Positions 1-9,107 of a stretch of DNA of 39,944 nucleotides are shown one piece after another (the first letter of the stretch is position 1; each line of letters opens with the position of its first letter). The stretch is from Candidatus Limnocylindrales bacterium. Its GTDB lineage: Bacteria; Chloroflexota; Limnocylindria; Limnocylindrales; CSP1-4. The notes below the pieces were generated by a model that saw nothing but the letters and a program-made list of their open reading frames with translations, had not been told where the DNA came from and did no database searches. The position numbers were made by a program, and so were the translations under genes. The DNA is taken from NCBI GenBank assembly GCA_039925225.1, contig JBDSZH010000061.1, positions 1 to 39,944 of the forward strand. Reading direction: 5' to 3'.

Positions 1-596
1 GTTCGGTCCTCGACCTGGCTCGCCAGCGCCTCGCCAACGTCGCCCTGGGTGACCGAGGAGGCGCCGAGCTTCGGGCCGAGCGCCATCGTTCCCGTTGGCT
101 CGCCGTCGATGACGCGAGGCGGCCGGACGAGCGTCCAGTCGAGTTCGGACGCTGTGAAGGCGCGGAACTCGCGCAGCTTGGCCTCGTACACATGCCGCGC
201 GGCAACCTTCACGATGAGCTCCATCACGCGGCCGCCGAGTGGCTTGCGCTCGCCGTCGAGGGTGATCGCCGCGCCGGACAGCGCAACGAGGCGACGGACG
301 CCGTTCGCCTTCATGGCCAGCACCAGGTTCCGCGCCCCAGCCTCGAACACGGCCACCTGGTCGGCGGTGTTGCGGGTAGCACCGACTGCCCAAACCACCG
401 CGTTGGCACCGGCAACCGCGCGGCCCACTGCGTCGGCATCCGTGATGTCTGCAACCGCGACTTCGGAGCCCGCGTCCGCCGCCGCCTCGCTACCGGGGCG
501 GACCACGGTGCGAATGTCCAGGTTGCGCCGCCGAGCCGCGGCTACGGCATGACGGCCAATCCCGCCGGTAGCGCCGAACACGACGATCAACGTCAT
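1..596 (-). CDS. NAD(P)H-binding Rossmann-fold protein (flavin reductase/BVR-B-like atypical SDR), 3' end outside window
   Basis: Not in the ORF track. Manual translation from ATG 596 gives MTLIVVFGATGGIGRHAV...ELDWTLVRPP, with a GxxGxxG motif and the typical WTxVRP motif. ATGA overlap with the stop of 593..997. Confidence 0.85.
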   Translation of the reverse strand, partial: MTLIVVFGATGGIGRHAVAAARRRNLDIRTVVRPGSEAAADAGSEVAVADITDADAVGRAVAGANAVVWAVGATRNTADQVAVFEAGARNLVLAMKANGVRRLVALSGAAITLDGERKPLGGRVMELIVKVAARHVYEAKLREFRAFTASELDWTLVRPPRVIDGEPTGTMALGPKLGASSVTQGDVGEALASQVEDR

Positions 597-997
597 CTGG
601 CGATCCGTGCGTTGGTCGCGGTTCGGCTGAGCATCGTCCCGAGCGTCAGCGCCAGGGCCATGCCGAGGATCATCCCGGCATCGAGCAGCGACGCCTGGCC
701 CTGACCCGCGTTGAACACAGCGTCGTAGGTGTGGTTGAGCGCGTGGAGCCAGGTCGCGGCGAGTCCCAGACCGATGATCGACCCGAAGCGTTGAGGGTTC
801 CCGGCTGCAATCAGCAGCCCGACGCCGATGGGCAGCAGAAATGCCCCGGCGTCGCCGGCGTAGTGACGATTGAATGGCGGAAACTCGCCGATGTTCGCGT
901 AGAACCAATCGGGCGCGACGAGCAACGCAACGCCAGCGCCTGCGTCGAACAGGCCCACGACCCCGATCAGCACCTGGCCCAGTTTCGCTCCGATCAT
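593..997 (-). CDS. Small integral membrane protein (about 4 TM), unknown function
   Basis: 134 aa, four hydrophobic segments, conserved-looking PPFNRHY and HALNH motifs. SD-like GAGGAG/AGGTGA upstream. Coupled to the downstream reductase. Confidence 0.75.
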   Translation of the reverse strand: MIGAKLGQVLIGVVGLFDAGAGVALLVAPDWFYANIGEFPPFNRHYAGDAGAFLLPIGVGLLIAAGNPQRFGSIIGLGLAATWLHALNHTYDAVFNAGQGQASLLDAGMILGMALALTLGTMLSRTATNARIAR

Positions 998-1038
998 CCG
1001 GTCACCTGCTCCTCACGACCTTGCGCGGCGACAGCCCG

Positions 1039-1057
1039 CGTACCAGACGATGGTACG
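1039..1057. promoter_or_regulatory. Palindromic operator overlapping a TACCAT -10 box of the 997-1 operon
   Basis: CGTACCA-gacga-TGGTACG perfect 7-bp inverted repeat. On the minus strand it contains TACCAT. Confidence 0.5.
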
Positions 1058-1116
1058 GAGTCCTCTGGTCGCAGGACGGGCCGGATCATTGGGCCGAGCT
1101 TAGTCGCTGCCGACGG

Positions 1117-2544
1117 TCAGCCGGCGCTCAGTCGCTCGATCACGGGGTCGGCTGACTCGAGAGCGCCCTCGATCCAGGACTGCGCGTGCGAGAAGGTCTC
1201 GCCCGCCAGGTGGATGCCGACGGCCGGATCAGGCTGCGGCGCCACGGCCATGATCTCGTCCGAGATGTAGCCGGGCCGCCAGAAAGTCCACGCGACCTCG
1301 AGCGGGTCAGCGCCCCAGTGCATGAGTGCCGATCCGGCGGGTGCAGGAATGTCACGCCCTTCCGGATGGAGCGTACGGAGCTCCCGCTGGACCTCCGCGA
1401 GCATCGCCTCCGGGGCGGCCATGCCGTCGCTCGCAGACCCGGCAAGCTCGAGCCAGGGATCGACGTTGCGATGATCCGAGTACATCGCGAGCAGCGTGGC
1501 TGGCGCGTCACGGGCCGTGTCGACGTAGAAGACCTTGCTGAGGGGCAGGTCCGTGGTCGTCCGGATGCCGCTCACCTCGGGTCGCCACCAGGGTCGCTCA
1601 TACCAGAGGTAGAGCTTCATCGCGGCGAAGCCCTCGACCGAATCGAGGACGTCCGCAAACTCGGGCGCCCGGAGGACCGGCGAGGCTGCCGCGAGTCGCC
1701 GAAGTGCGGGGATAGGTGCGGTGATGACAGTCCGTTTCACCTCGACGCTCACCCCGTCGGCGAATTGCAGACGCTGCAGGTCGCCGTCGATGTGGATCGC
1801 CTGCAGCTCGCTCCGGAGGTGGACGAAGCCGCCGCGGCCTTCAAAGCGCGCAGTGAGCGCCCTGGGGATGGCATCCATGCCATCGTCGGGCGTCCGCGCC
1901 TCCTCGTTCGGGTCGTTGCCCCCGAGTCGGAACGGAATGTGGTCACCGACGTTGAAGAGCCGACCCCCGGAGTCGTAGCCGAAGGCGTCCGTCGCGAACC
2001 GGACGCCCTCGGGGCTCAGGAGGGTGCTGAGGGCCTCCCCGACCGTCCAATCGATGAGCCGCCGGTCGCGGTACGTGGCGGACGCCCGGGCCAGCACGTA
2101 GGCCTCGGCCGACAGACTGCCCGCCCCGGGAAGGATCTGTTGGAACGCCCTCATGATCAGGTCATCGGCGCTCCGGCCGCGCTCGTGGTCAGTCAGGTCG
2201 TAGCCGTCGCCCGCCCTTGGGTCCGCAGGCCCGTCCCCGAACCGACCGCGCAGATACGAACGCTGCGTGCCGTCGGTTCGGTCGAACAGGTGCGTCGGGA
2301 TATCGAAGGCGTCGATGATCGACTGGACACGCCGCTGGGTCGTGAGGTAGCGCATTCCGCCGAGCTCGATCTTGTGATCGACACCCGGGACGGCGACCGA
2401 CCGTAACCGCCCACCGATCTTGTCCCTGCGCTCGAACAGGGCGATCGACCAGTCAGGTTGGGCTTGCTTGACGGCGTCGGCGATGTACGTGCCTGCGACG
2501 CCTGCCCCGATGATCGCAAGGTCCAGGTGCCTCGGCTCGGTCAT
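1117..2544 (-). CDS. Flavin monoamine oxidase / L-amino-acid oxidase family FAD-dependent oxidoreductase
   Basis: DLAIIGAGVAG dinucleotide motif, ERRDKIGGR, ELGGMRY and C-terminal LAGE...WIEGAL. Start set at MTEPR. Confidence 0.85.
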   Translation of the reverse strand: MTEPRHLDLAIIGAGVAGTYIADAVKQAQPDWSIALFERRDKIGGRLRSVAVPGVDHKIELGGMRYLTTQRRVQSIIDAFDIPTHLFDRTDGTQRSYLRGRFGDGPADPRAGDGYDLTDHERGRSADDLIMRAFQQILPGAGSLSAEAYVLARASATYRDRRLIDWTVGEALSTLLSPEGVRFATDAFGYDSGGRLFNVGDHIPFRLGGNDPNEEARTPDDGMDAIPRALTARFEGRGGFVHLRSELQAIHIDGDLQRLQFADGVSVEVKRTVITAPIPALRRLAAASPVLRAPEFADVLDSVEGFAAMKLYLWYERPWWRPEVSGIRTTTDLPLSKVFYVDTARDAPATLLAMYSDHRNVDPWLELAGSASDGMAAPEAMLAEVQRELRTLHPEGRDIPAPAGSALMHWGADPLEVAWTFWRPGYISDEIMAVAPQPDPAVGIHLAGETFSHAQSWIEGALESADPVIERLSAG

Positions 2545-2619
2545 CCGACTTTGAACGGCGCGGTGCACAGCCGACAGCGCGGGTCGCTCGAGATCGCCGT
2601 GAACATGCTGGTCAGCGGG

Positions 2620-3816
2620 CTATACAAGGTCGAGCGCGACGTTCGCGTAGAGCGCCGCGGCCACGGGCATGCAGCCCTCGTCGAAGACAACCTGGTTGGA
2701 GTGGTTCTGCGGGAAGCCCTGGAGCGGTCGATCCGGTGGCCGAGCCCCGACGAACGCCATGACGCCTGGAATCTGCTGGAGCACGTAGGACCAGTCCTCG
2801 GCACCCATGATGGGTGCTTTCATGGTTACGACCCCGTCGTCGCCGACGAGCGCGGCTGCAATCGTGCGGACCTGCTCGAACACTCCCTCGTCGTTAACCG
2901 TGACGGGGTACAGCGGCTGGAACTCGACCTCGGCGCTGACGCCGTGAGCCGCGCAGATGCCGTCGACCACTCGCTGAACCAGGGGCGCCATCGCTGCGCG
3001 GCCCTCGTCGGACACCGTGCGGTACGTGCCGGACAGCCGCACGGTTTCTGGAATGACGTTGGTGGTCGTCCCGCCTTCGATGTGGGCGATCGTGAGCACC
3101 GCCGGATCGAAGACATCAACCGATCGCGTGACAGCGGTCTGAAGCGCCAGCACGATTTCGGCGGCGACGACGATCGGATCGTGGGCGAGGTGTGGTGAGG
3201 AAGCGTGTCCGCCACTCCCCCTGACCGTCACGGAGACGTTGTCCGCGGAGGCGAGGAGTGATCCCGGTCGGAGGTCCACCTCGCCGGTCGGATATTTGGC
3301 GCTGGTGTGGATCGCGAATCCGCGCGTCGCCACGGGATCGAGGCCATCGAGCAGGCCCTCCTCGAACATCACCCGCGCGCCGAAATAGCCCTCTTCGCCC
3401 GGCTGGAACATCAGGAGCACCGGCCCTGGCAGCGCCTCCGGGTCGGCGTTCCAGGCGTCGACGAGCAGGCTTGCGGCACCGAGGAGCTGCGCGACATGCG
3501 TGTCGTGCCCGCAGGCATGCATCGCTTCGGGAATCTCCGATGCGAATTCCAAGCCCGTCGACTCGGTCAGGGGCAGCGCGTCCATGTCGGCCCGAAGGAT
3601 CACCGTCCTCCCAGGCCGATCCGCCCCGATCAGTGCAGTGACGCTGCTCAAATTCGTACCGCGCTTCGGCTCCAGCCCGAGCCGCTCCAGCTCATCGATG
3701 ATCGTCTGCTGGGTCTGCGGGAGGTGCAATCCCTGCTCGGGATGCCGGTGCAGGCGCCGCCGGATTGCCACCATCTGCGGCATGACCGCCTGCGCTGCCT
3801 TGAGGAACTCACTCAT
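2620..3816 (-). CDS. M20 family amidohydrolase (hippurate hydrolase/AbgA-like)
   Basis: RRLHRHPE, LRADMDALP, MHACGHD, FQPGEEG, GGHAS and GAEDWS motifs. TACCAT lies 6 nt before the ATG at 3816. Confidence 0.92.
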   Translation of the reverse strand: MSEFLKAAQAVMPQMVAIRRRLHRHPEQGLHLPQTQQTIIDELERLGLEPKRGTNLSSVTALIGADRPGRTVILRADMDALPLTESTGLEFASEIPEAMHACGHDTHVAQLLGAASLLVDAWNADPEALPGPVLLMFQPGEEGYFGARVMFEEGLLDGLDPVATRGFAIHTSAKYPTGEVDLRPGSLLASADNVSVTVRGSGGHASSPHLAHDPIVVAAEIVLALQTAVTRSVDVFDPAVLTIAHIEGGTTTNVIPETVRLSGTYRTVSDEGRAAMAPLVQRVVDGICAAHGVSAEVEFQPLYPVTVNDEGVFEQVRTIAAALVGDDGVVTMKAPIMGAEDWSYVLQQIPGVMAFVGARPPDRPLQGFPQNHSNQVVFDEGCMPVAAALYANVALDLV

Positions 3817-3977
3817 GCCCGGATGGTAGTCGCGCCCGACGCGTTGGCCGGCGTGGCGCGTGGCTACTCCGCGGCGATGATGACGCTGGAGCCGCCGGCT
3901 CCGCGGCCCGGATGGCATGCCGACCTCGATGCCGGAGTACCTTTCGCGCCAAGGCGCAGCCACGATGCAGGGGAACG

Positions 3978-6590
3978 ATGAGGCCAGTCAGTCAGATCGA
4001 TCGGGCGTGGCGCTTCTCATTGGGGGCCGTCCTGTTCGCGAGCTGGGTCGCGCTTGGCGAGCCAGCGCGGGGCGGTGGCGAGGCGGGCGGGCCGTTCATG
4101 AGCGCATTCAGCACGGGCGAGGCCGGCTGCTCAGGGAACCCGCCCCTCGGCCCGGGCGACTGCCGCGACTGGGAGGACACCCTCGCAACAGGCGCCGCGA
4201 GTACTTGGGAGCTCGACAGGGAGGTGGGCCTCACGGTCAGTGGCGGCTCGATGGCGGCCAAGGGCGTGGCGCATGCGGTTGAGCTGGACAACGCCGACGG
4301 GACGCTTGGATCGCTCACGTTCACGGCGACCATGGAGGGGACCCTCACGGGCGGCGGCAACGGCGTGGCACGGATCGAATTCACGGCGAACTTCCCTGTC
4401 GCCAGCGAATCCATCAGCGTGGTCGGGACGGCGAGCGTGGAGGGCCACGGGACCGCGATCATCGGCGGGTCCGGCGACATCAACGTGACGGTGGGCTGTG
4501 CGGAGGAGCCCGCCCTCGAGCTGAAGCTACAGGTCCTCGGCGGTGCCCACGGCGGTGAGGCTGGCCGCCTCAACGACGACGCCAAATCCCAGTCGATCAA
4601 TCAGACGATCACGGCCGAGGCGCAATCGAACGGCGTGCGCTTCTGCTCCGTCCGGGTCTTCCTCGACGGAACCGCCGGCACCAACCGGGCGAACCCGGGC
4701 AGCGAGCATGGATCCGGCAAGGCAGAGATCAGCCTCACGATCCTGGCCGGCGGCGCCGCGGCTCCAAGCGCAAGCCCGGATCCAGGCGAGTGTGCCCTGT
4801 CCGGCATCGTCCGCGACGGCGACGTTGTGCTCGTCGACCATGAGAACCCGCTCGCCGACATTCGCGTGGAGCTGCTGCGGAACGGCGCGGTCATTGGCAG
4901 CCCGGCGGCCACCGGCGCGGACGGTCGGTACTGCATTCCGTGGTCGATCGTGCCGCAGCCCGGCCCGCACACCCCCGAGCCCGGGTCCTACGAGCTGCGT
5001 GCCACTTTGATCGACGCCGCCCACGAGCCTCCGGTATTCCACACGGAGCACCAGGACCTCCAGCAGCCAATCTCCGCGCTCTTCGACGTTGACGCAGGCG
5101 ATTGGGGCGTCGCGGCGGTAGAGCTGCCCTTTGCGAATACCGACGAGAAGCCGTGGCTGTCGGACGTCGCGAACATCCACTGGCAGTCCTCGCGGTTCGT
5201 CAACTGGATCATCGAGACGCTGCTGATCCCGCCAGCGGACCTCGCCGGTCTCAAGGTCCGGGCGTACGATCCTGATGGGACGTTCTATTCGGTGGAAGAC
5301 AAGGTGGCCCACCTTTCCGCCGACGATTCGCCGTTCGATACGCGCAGCAACGCGGCTTCGGAAAACCCGGAGAACGGCGAGTGGCACGAGATCTCCCACC
5401 ACCTCGGCATCTTGCTGGGAATTGCCCCATTCGGCAGGGCCGCCGCGTGCCGAGGCCGGACGAGCCATGGCGGCTGGACGAACCCCTCGACCTGCGATTC
5501 GCTCGGAGAGGCGTACGCGATGCTGGTCCCGGTCGTCGCCTCGCTCGATCTCGACGCTGGCCGTGAGGGCGGTTATGCGACGCCCGACTACTCGCTGTTC
5601 GGCAGCGCAGACGACAACAACTATCGACCGTGGACGTCCGAGGAAGCCTCGACCGGCGAGCTCTACTACCGCGAGGACCTCGGCGTACTCCAGCTGCTGT
5701 GGGACCTCGCGGACGACACCCCGGCCGAGACGGCAATCACCATCGCGCGACCTCGCTCCGGGAGTTCGGTTATCGCCGTGTCGGCGCACGATCGGGTCGC
5801 TCTGGGCGGCACGAACCTCCTCAATCTCCTCGCAACCCTGCAGCCCGAAACAGTCGCAGACCTCTACGAGTTCGTGACCACAAACGCGGCTATCGACCCC
5901 TCCGTCCGCACGCCGACCGCCGAGATCGACGGCGACGGATCCGCGGATCTCTCAGCCATCGACGAGATCTTTCTCATGCACGATGTCCGCCCGCTCGGCA
6001 GCACCGGGACGTACGAGGTCGGCAGCCAGCTGGGCCACACGCCGCCGGGGGCCGGGAACCTGACCGATCGACGGAAGACCGTGCCGTTGCCCGGCGCGGT
6101 CGTTCAACTCGTCAACACCGGCACCGGCAGAGCCACCTTCACGATCGGGATCACGTCGGAGAGCGGATCCCGCTCATTTACGGTTCGCGTGGCTCCAGGC
6201 GCAAGCCTGAACCTTCCGCTGTCGCTTGGACCCTACTGGACCCAGCCCCTGGCTGCCGGCGCCGGGCTCCCGGCATGCGGCGCCGAGACCGCGCGGGTGG
6301 CCACCCTCGCGGTCTCCGGGCCAGGCGTGTCCAACGAGTCCGTGGATGCCTGCGCGTACGCCCACCTCGTCCGGGCGGCCAAGGGCGGTGTCGCGCTCAC
6401 AGTGTTGGCCGCCGGTTCCGAGCCCCTGCCGTCCGGCGCCGCGGTACCCGGCACACCTGCGCCGTCTGACGGCTCGGCAATCCCCGTCGTCGTGCTCGTC
6501 AGTCTTGTCGTCGTGGTCGTGCTGGTCGTTGGCGGTCTCGCATGGTTCATGCGACGCCGAGGCGCCACGGGCGCCCCGCCGGCTCGCTAG
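3978..6590 (+). CDS. Large secreted, C-terminally membrane-anchored protein with a putative gluzincin metallopeptidase domain
   Basis: N-terminal signal-like segment; Ig/carboxypeptidase-regulatory-like beta domain (LSGIVRD...TGADGRY); HEISH motif with downstream LGEAYA; IDGDGSAD Ca-loop-like motif; C-terminal TM helix followed by RRR. Confidence 0.7.
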   Translation: MRPVSQIDRAWRFSLGAVLFASWVALGEPARGGGEAGGPFMSAFSTGEAGCSGNPPLGPGDCRDWEDTLATGAASTWELDREVGLTVSGGSMAAKGVAHAVELDNADGTLGSLTFTATMEGTLTGGGNGVARIEFTANFPVASESISVVGTASVEGHGTAIIGGSGDINVTVGCAEEPALELKLQVLGGAHGGEAGRLNDDAKSQSINQTITAEAQSNGVRFCSVRVFLDGTAGTNRANPGSEHGSGKAEISLTILAGGAAAPSASPDPGECALSGIVRDGDVVLVDHENPLADIRVELLRNGAVIGSPAATGADGRYCIPWSIVPQPGPHTPEPGSYELRATLIDAAHEPPVFHTEHQDLQQPISALFDVDAGDWGVAAVELPFANTDEKPWLSDVANIHWQSSRFVNWIIETLLIPPADLAGLKVRAYDPDGTFYSVEDKVAHLSADDSPFDTRSNAASENPENGEWHEISHHLGILLGIAPFGRAAACRGRTSHGGWTNPSTCDSLGEAYAMLVPVVASLDLDAGREGGYATPDYSLFGSADDNNYRPWTSEEASTGELYYREDLGVLQLLWDLADDTPAETAITIARPRSGSSVIAVSAHDRVALGGTNLLNLLATLQPETVADLYEFVTTNAAIDPSVRTPTAEIDGDGSADLSAIDEIFLMHDVRPLGSTGTYEVGSQLGHTPPGAGNLTDRRKTVPLPGAVVQLVNTGTGRATFTIGITSESGSRSFTVRVAPGASLNLPLSLGPYWTQPLAAGAGLPACGAETARVATLAVSGPGVSNESVDACAYAHLVRAAKGGVALTVLAAGSEPLPSGAAVPGTPAPSDGSAIPVVVLVSLVVVVVLVVGGLAWFMRRRGATGAPPAR

Positions 6591-6620
6591 AACGGCGCCG
6601 GACCTCGTAGCATCCCGCCC

Positions 6621-7241
6621 GTGGTGACGCAGGATGAGCCGGATTCGATCGATCGGCGGTACGCCGTGGGCCGCGAGACGGCGGCGGCGATGCTCAGCGA
6701 AGTGGGGCCGATGTTCCGGGGCCGGTCGCTGGCGATCGAGATCGGGTGCGGCGCCGGGCAGGTGCTCCTCGGGCATGCCGGCAGCTTCGACCATGTCCGC
6801 GGCGTCGACTCTGCGCCCGGGAACCTCGCGCTGCTCGAAAGGCGGGCGGCACAAGCCGGCATCGCCAACGTCCAGACGTTCCTGCCGGAGGAGCCATGGG
6901 ACTGGCCGACGGGCAGGGCGGACTTCGTCTACTCCGCTGGGGTCTTCCAGTTCCTTGAGGACCGCGTCGAGGTCGCCACGTACGTCCAGCGGATCAGCAG
7001 CGTCCTGCGGCGCAACGGGGTCGCGCAACTCCAGTTCGATACGCGGCCACGGACCGCCTCCCATCGCGCAGGCCGGCACCTGCCCGACGGCCTGCTCTCG
7101 CAGGGTGCGCGCCGCGGCGTGCGCAGCGTCCGGCGAGAGCCGGGATGGGTCTGGGACCGGCTTCGAGGCGCGGACCTCGAGGTCTTCGGCGAGCGCGATT
7201 GGGGCACTGCCGGCCACTGGTTCTTCGCTCGCCGCCGTTAG
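6621..7241 (+). CDS. Class I SAM-dependent methyltransferase
   Basis: IEIGCGAG motif I, GVD motif II, ADFVYS. TAGCAT lies 7 nt before the GTG. Confidence 0.88.
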   Translation: MVTQDEPDSIDRRYAVGRETAAAMLSEVGPMFRGRSLAIEIGCGAGQVLLGHAGSFDHVRGVDSAPGNLALLERRAAQAGIANVQTFLPEEPWDWPTGRADFVYSAGVFQFLEDRVEVATYVQRISSVLRRNGVAQLQFDTRPRTASHRAGRHLPDGLLSQGARRGVRSVRREPGWVWDRLRGADLEVFGERDWGTAGHWFFARRR

Positions 7242-7305
7242 GCCTGCCGCCCACCCGGAGCCGGTAGGCCCGCCGCCCACCCGGGGCCCAACCCGACCAG
7301 CGCCG

Positions 7306-7505
7306 GACCAAATGTACGTGGCCATGTACCAACTTGACCAGGGTAGGCCGGCAGGCGCCCGAATCAGGCGTATGAACGCTGCCAATCGCCGTGGACCCGG
7401 TCGAAACGGCTCTTGACGGTGCGCATTTCGACGACCCCGGCGGGTCTGGCGTGGCCCAACGGCCTACACCTCGTCGAGTTGGTATACCGCCAGCGACATT
7501 TGGTC
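7306..7505. other. About 200-nt imperfect palindromic element (structured ncRNA or MITE-like)
   Basis: Arms 7306-7350 and 7460-7505 are reverse complementary (GACCAAATGT..TGGC..TACCAACT.GAC.AGG.GTAGGCCG). Inner stems GCCA/CGCC/GACCCG and GTCGAAA/TTTCGAC. Confidence 0.6.
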
Positions 7506-7588
7506 GCGATAGACCTGTCTGCCCCCGCCCCCGCCCCCCGTGCCGAGGCATCCGCGCCCGCCTTCGCCAGCCCCGGCGCGAGCCGCAG

Positions 7589-7693
7589 GATGTCCTGCGC
7601 CCGATCGTCCTGCGCCATATCGTCCTGCGCCAGATCGTGCCGCTCAGATCGTCCGCCTGAGATCGTGCCCCTGAGATCGTCCCGCTCAGATCC
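7589..7693. repeat. Degenerate 14-15 bp tandem repeat (about 7 copies, GATCGTCCTGCGCCA-like)
   Basis: Units gatgtcctgcgccc, gatcgtcctgcgcca, tatcgtcctgcgcca, gatcgtgccgctca, gatcgtccgcctga, gatcgtgcccctga, gatcgtcccgctca. Confidence 0.85.
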
Positions 7694-7703
7694 AACTGGC
7701 CCG

Positions 7704-9107
7704 TCAGATCCAGTCCGTGCGGATGACGTCCTCGTCCTTCATCAAGAAGATGCCGTTGGTGAGGTACTTCTCCAGCAGGTCCTTGTGCGCCTTGCCTTCG
7801 GGCTTGTCCTCGACTGCCTTCATCACTGTGTCGATGTGGAGCTTGACCGCCTTGCGAGTCATCGACGCCCACTCCGGCTGCGCGATGCCCAGGGCGTCGT
7901 AGGCCGGCTGGAGCTTCGCCCTGTAGTCCGCGCCAAAGCGGGTGCGGACAACGGGCCAGAAGCGGAGGCGCAGGAGAAGCTGCATGACCTTCTTGCCGCG
8001 GTCCTTGCGGTCCGCTGGCGTCCCCGGGTGGGCGATCATCTGCTGGATGGGCAGGTACACCGGCATGAGCTGGTCCGACGTGAGGTCAGGCCCGGTCCCG
8101 CCGTACATAGCCCCGGCGACGTCGCGCCACATGCCAAGCGCCTGTGCGTACAGGGGACCCGCTGCCGCGAGGCTCGGGTCGCCCACGATGTAGCCCTTCT
8201 TCCGAGTCCACAAGGCGCTCGACCCGCGACGATCCGATCGAGTGAGGTTGCCGGCCCCCTCGGTCGCCTCCGCGAAGCCCGCGACGTGATCTGCGGATCC
8301 CTGCTTGATGCTCGGCGAGAACGACGTATACGACCACGCGTTCTGGAGGTTCGGGAAGACCTTCACCACGAGTTCCACGGCGGCGATCGAGAAGCAGGCC
8401 GAGAACATGATGTCCTCCACCTGCCCGGCGGCAAGCGGAAAGACGTCGGCGATGGCCTGGAGGTCGCGGTCGATGACCATCTTGCCCGGCTGACTCTCCT
8501 GGCCGGCCTGCGACTCGCCCCACAGCTCCACGCCGTTGCTGTGGCCGGACAGGACGAGACGGTTGAGGATCATGTCGCCCTTCTCGGCCTTGTTGAACCA
8601 GCGCATCATGTCCACGAGCTGCTCGCGCATGTGCACGTTGGCCTTGAGCAGGACGTCGCTCGCCGCGTCCCACCGCGCGAAGTCCCCGACGCTGATCCCC
8701 AGTTCGTCCCAGACGAAAGTCATGATCTCCGGGTCCTTCTGGAAGCGAGCCTCCGCGACCGGGTCGTTGTACGACTCCAGGACATCGTCGCGGGTCGACT
8801 TCTTCAGCTTCGCGGCTTCCTTGTCCGCACCCGGGTTCAGCCCGACGAAACCGGTGGTCTTGCGCGGCGCCGCCTTGTCCGCGCCGGTGATCATGTCGGG
8901 CTTGGTGGCGTCGGGCTTGTCGCTCGGCTTCTTCTCGTCACGCTGAACAGAGGCGATCGCCTGGGCAACGGCGCGGTTCCCCGCGGTGCGCTGAAGGTCC
9001 AGGATCCGGTTCGTCGTCGACGAGTTGGCGGGCGTCCGCATCGCGCGGTGGGGCTCACGGAAGAGACGCTGGGCCCCGGGACGCTCGGCTACCGCAGGCA
9101 CGGGCAC
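7704..9107 (-). CDS. Uncharacterised protein with LQRxxGNxAV/VQR N-terminal motif and caspase/CHAT-like His-Cys dyad
   Basis: Long Lys-rich ORF with native codon usage. ILDLQRTAGNRAVAQ...VQR; LVLSGHSNG and IMFSACFS motifs. TGC-CATGAT lies 6 nt before the GTG at 9107. Confidence 0.75.
   Translation of the reverse strand: MPVPAVAERPGAQRLFREPHRAMRTPANSSTTNRILDLQRTAGNRAVAQAIASVQRDEKKPSDKPDATKPDMITGADKAAPRKTTGFVGLNPGADKEAAKLKKSTRDDVLESYNDPVAEARFQKDPEIMTFVWDELGISVGDFARWDAASDVLLKANVHMREQLVDMMRWFNKAEKGDMILNRLVLSGHSNGVELWGESQAGQESQPGKMVIDRDLQAIADVFPLAAGQVEDIMFSACFSIAAVELVVKVFPNLQNAWSYTSFSPSIKQGSADHVAGFAEATEGAGNLTRSDRRGSSALWTRKKGYIVGDPSLAAAGPLYAQALGMWRDVAGAMYGGTGPDLTSDQLMPVYLPIQQMIAHPGTPADRKDRGKKVMQLLLRLRFWPVVRTRFGADYRAKLQPAYDALGIAQPEWASMTRKAVKLHIDTVMKAVEDKPEGKAHKDLLEKYLTNGIFLMKDEDVIRTDWI

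Noticed and set aside
6420-6590. Sortase LPxTG anchor on the large surface protein
   Set aside because: LPSGA and VPGTP do not match LPxTG; treated as a plain C-terminal TM anchor.
7589-7693. Possible CRISPR array
   Set aside because: Units are 14-15 bp, contiguous and degenerate, with no unique spacers and no cas genes in the window.
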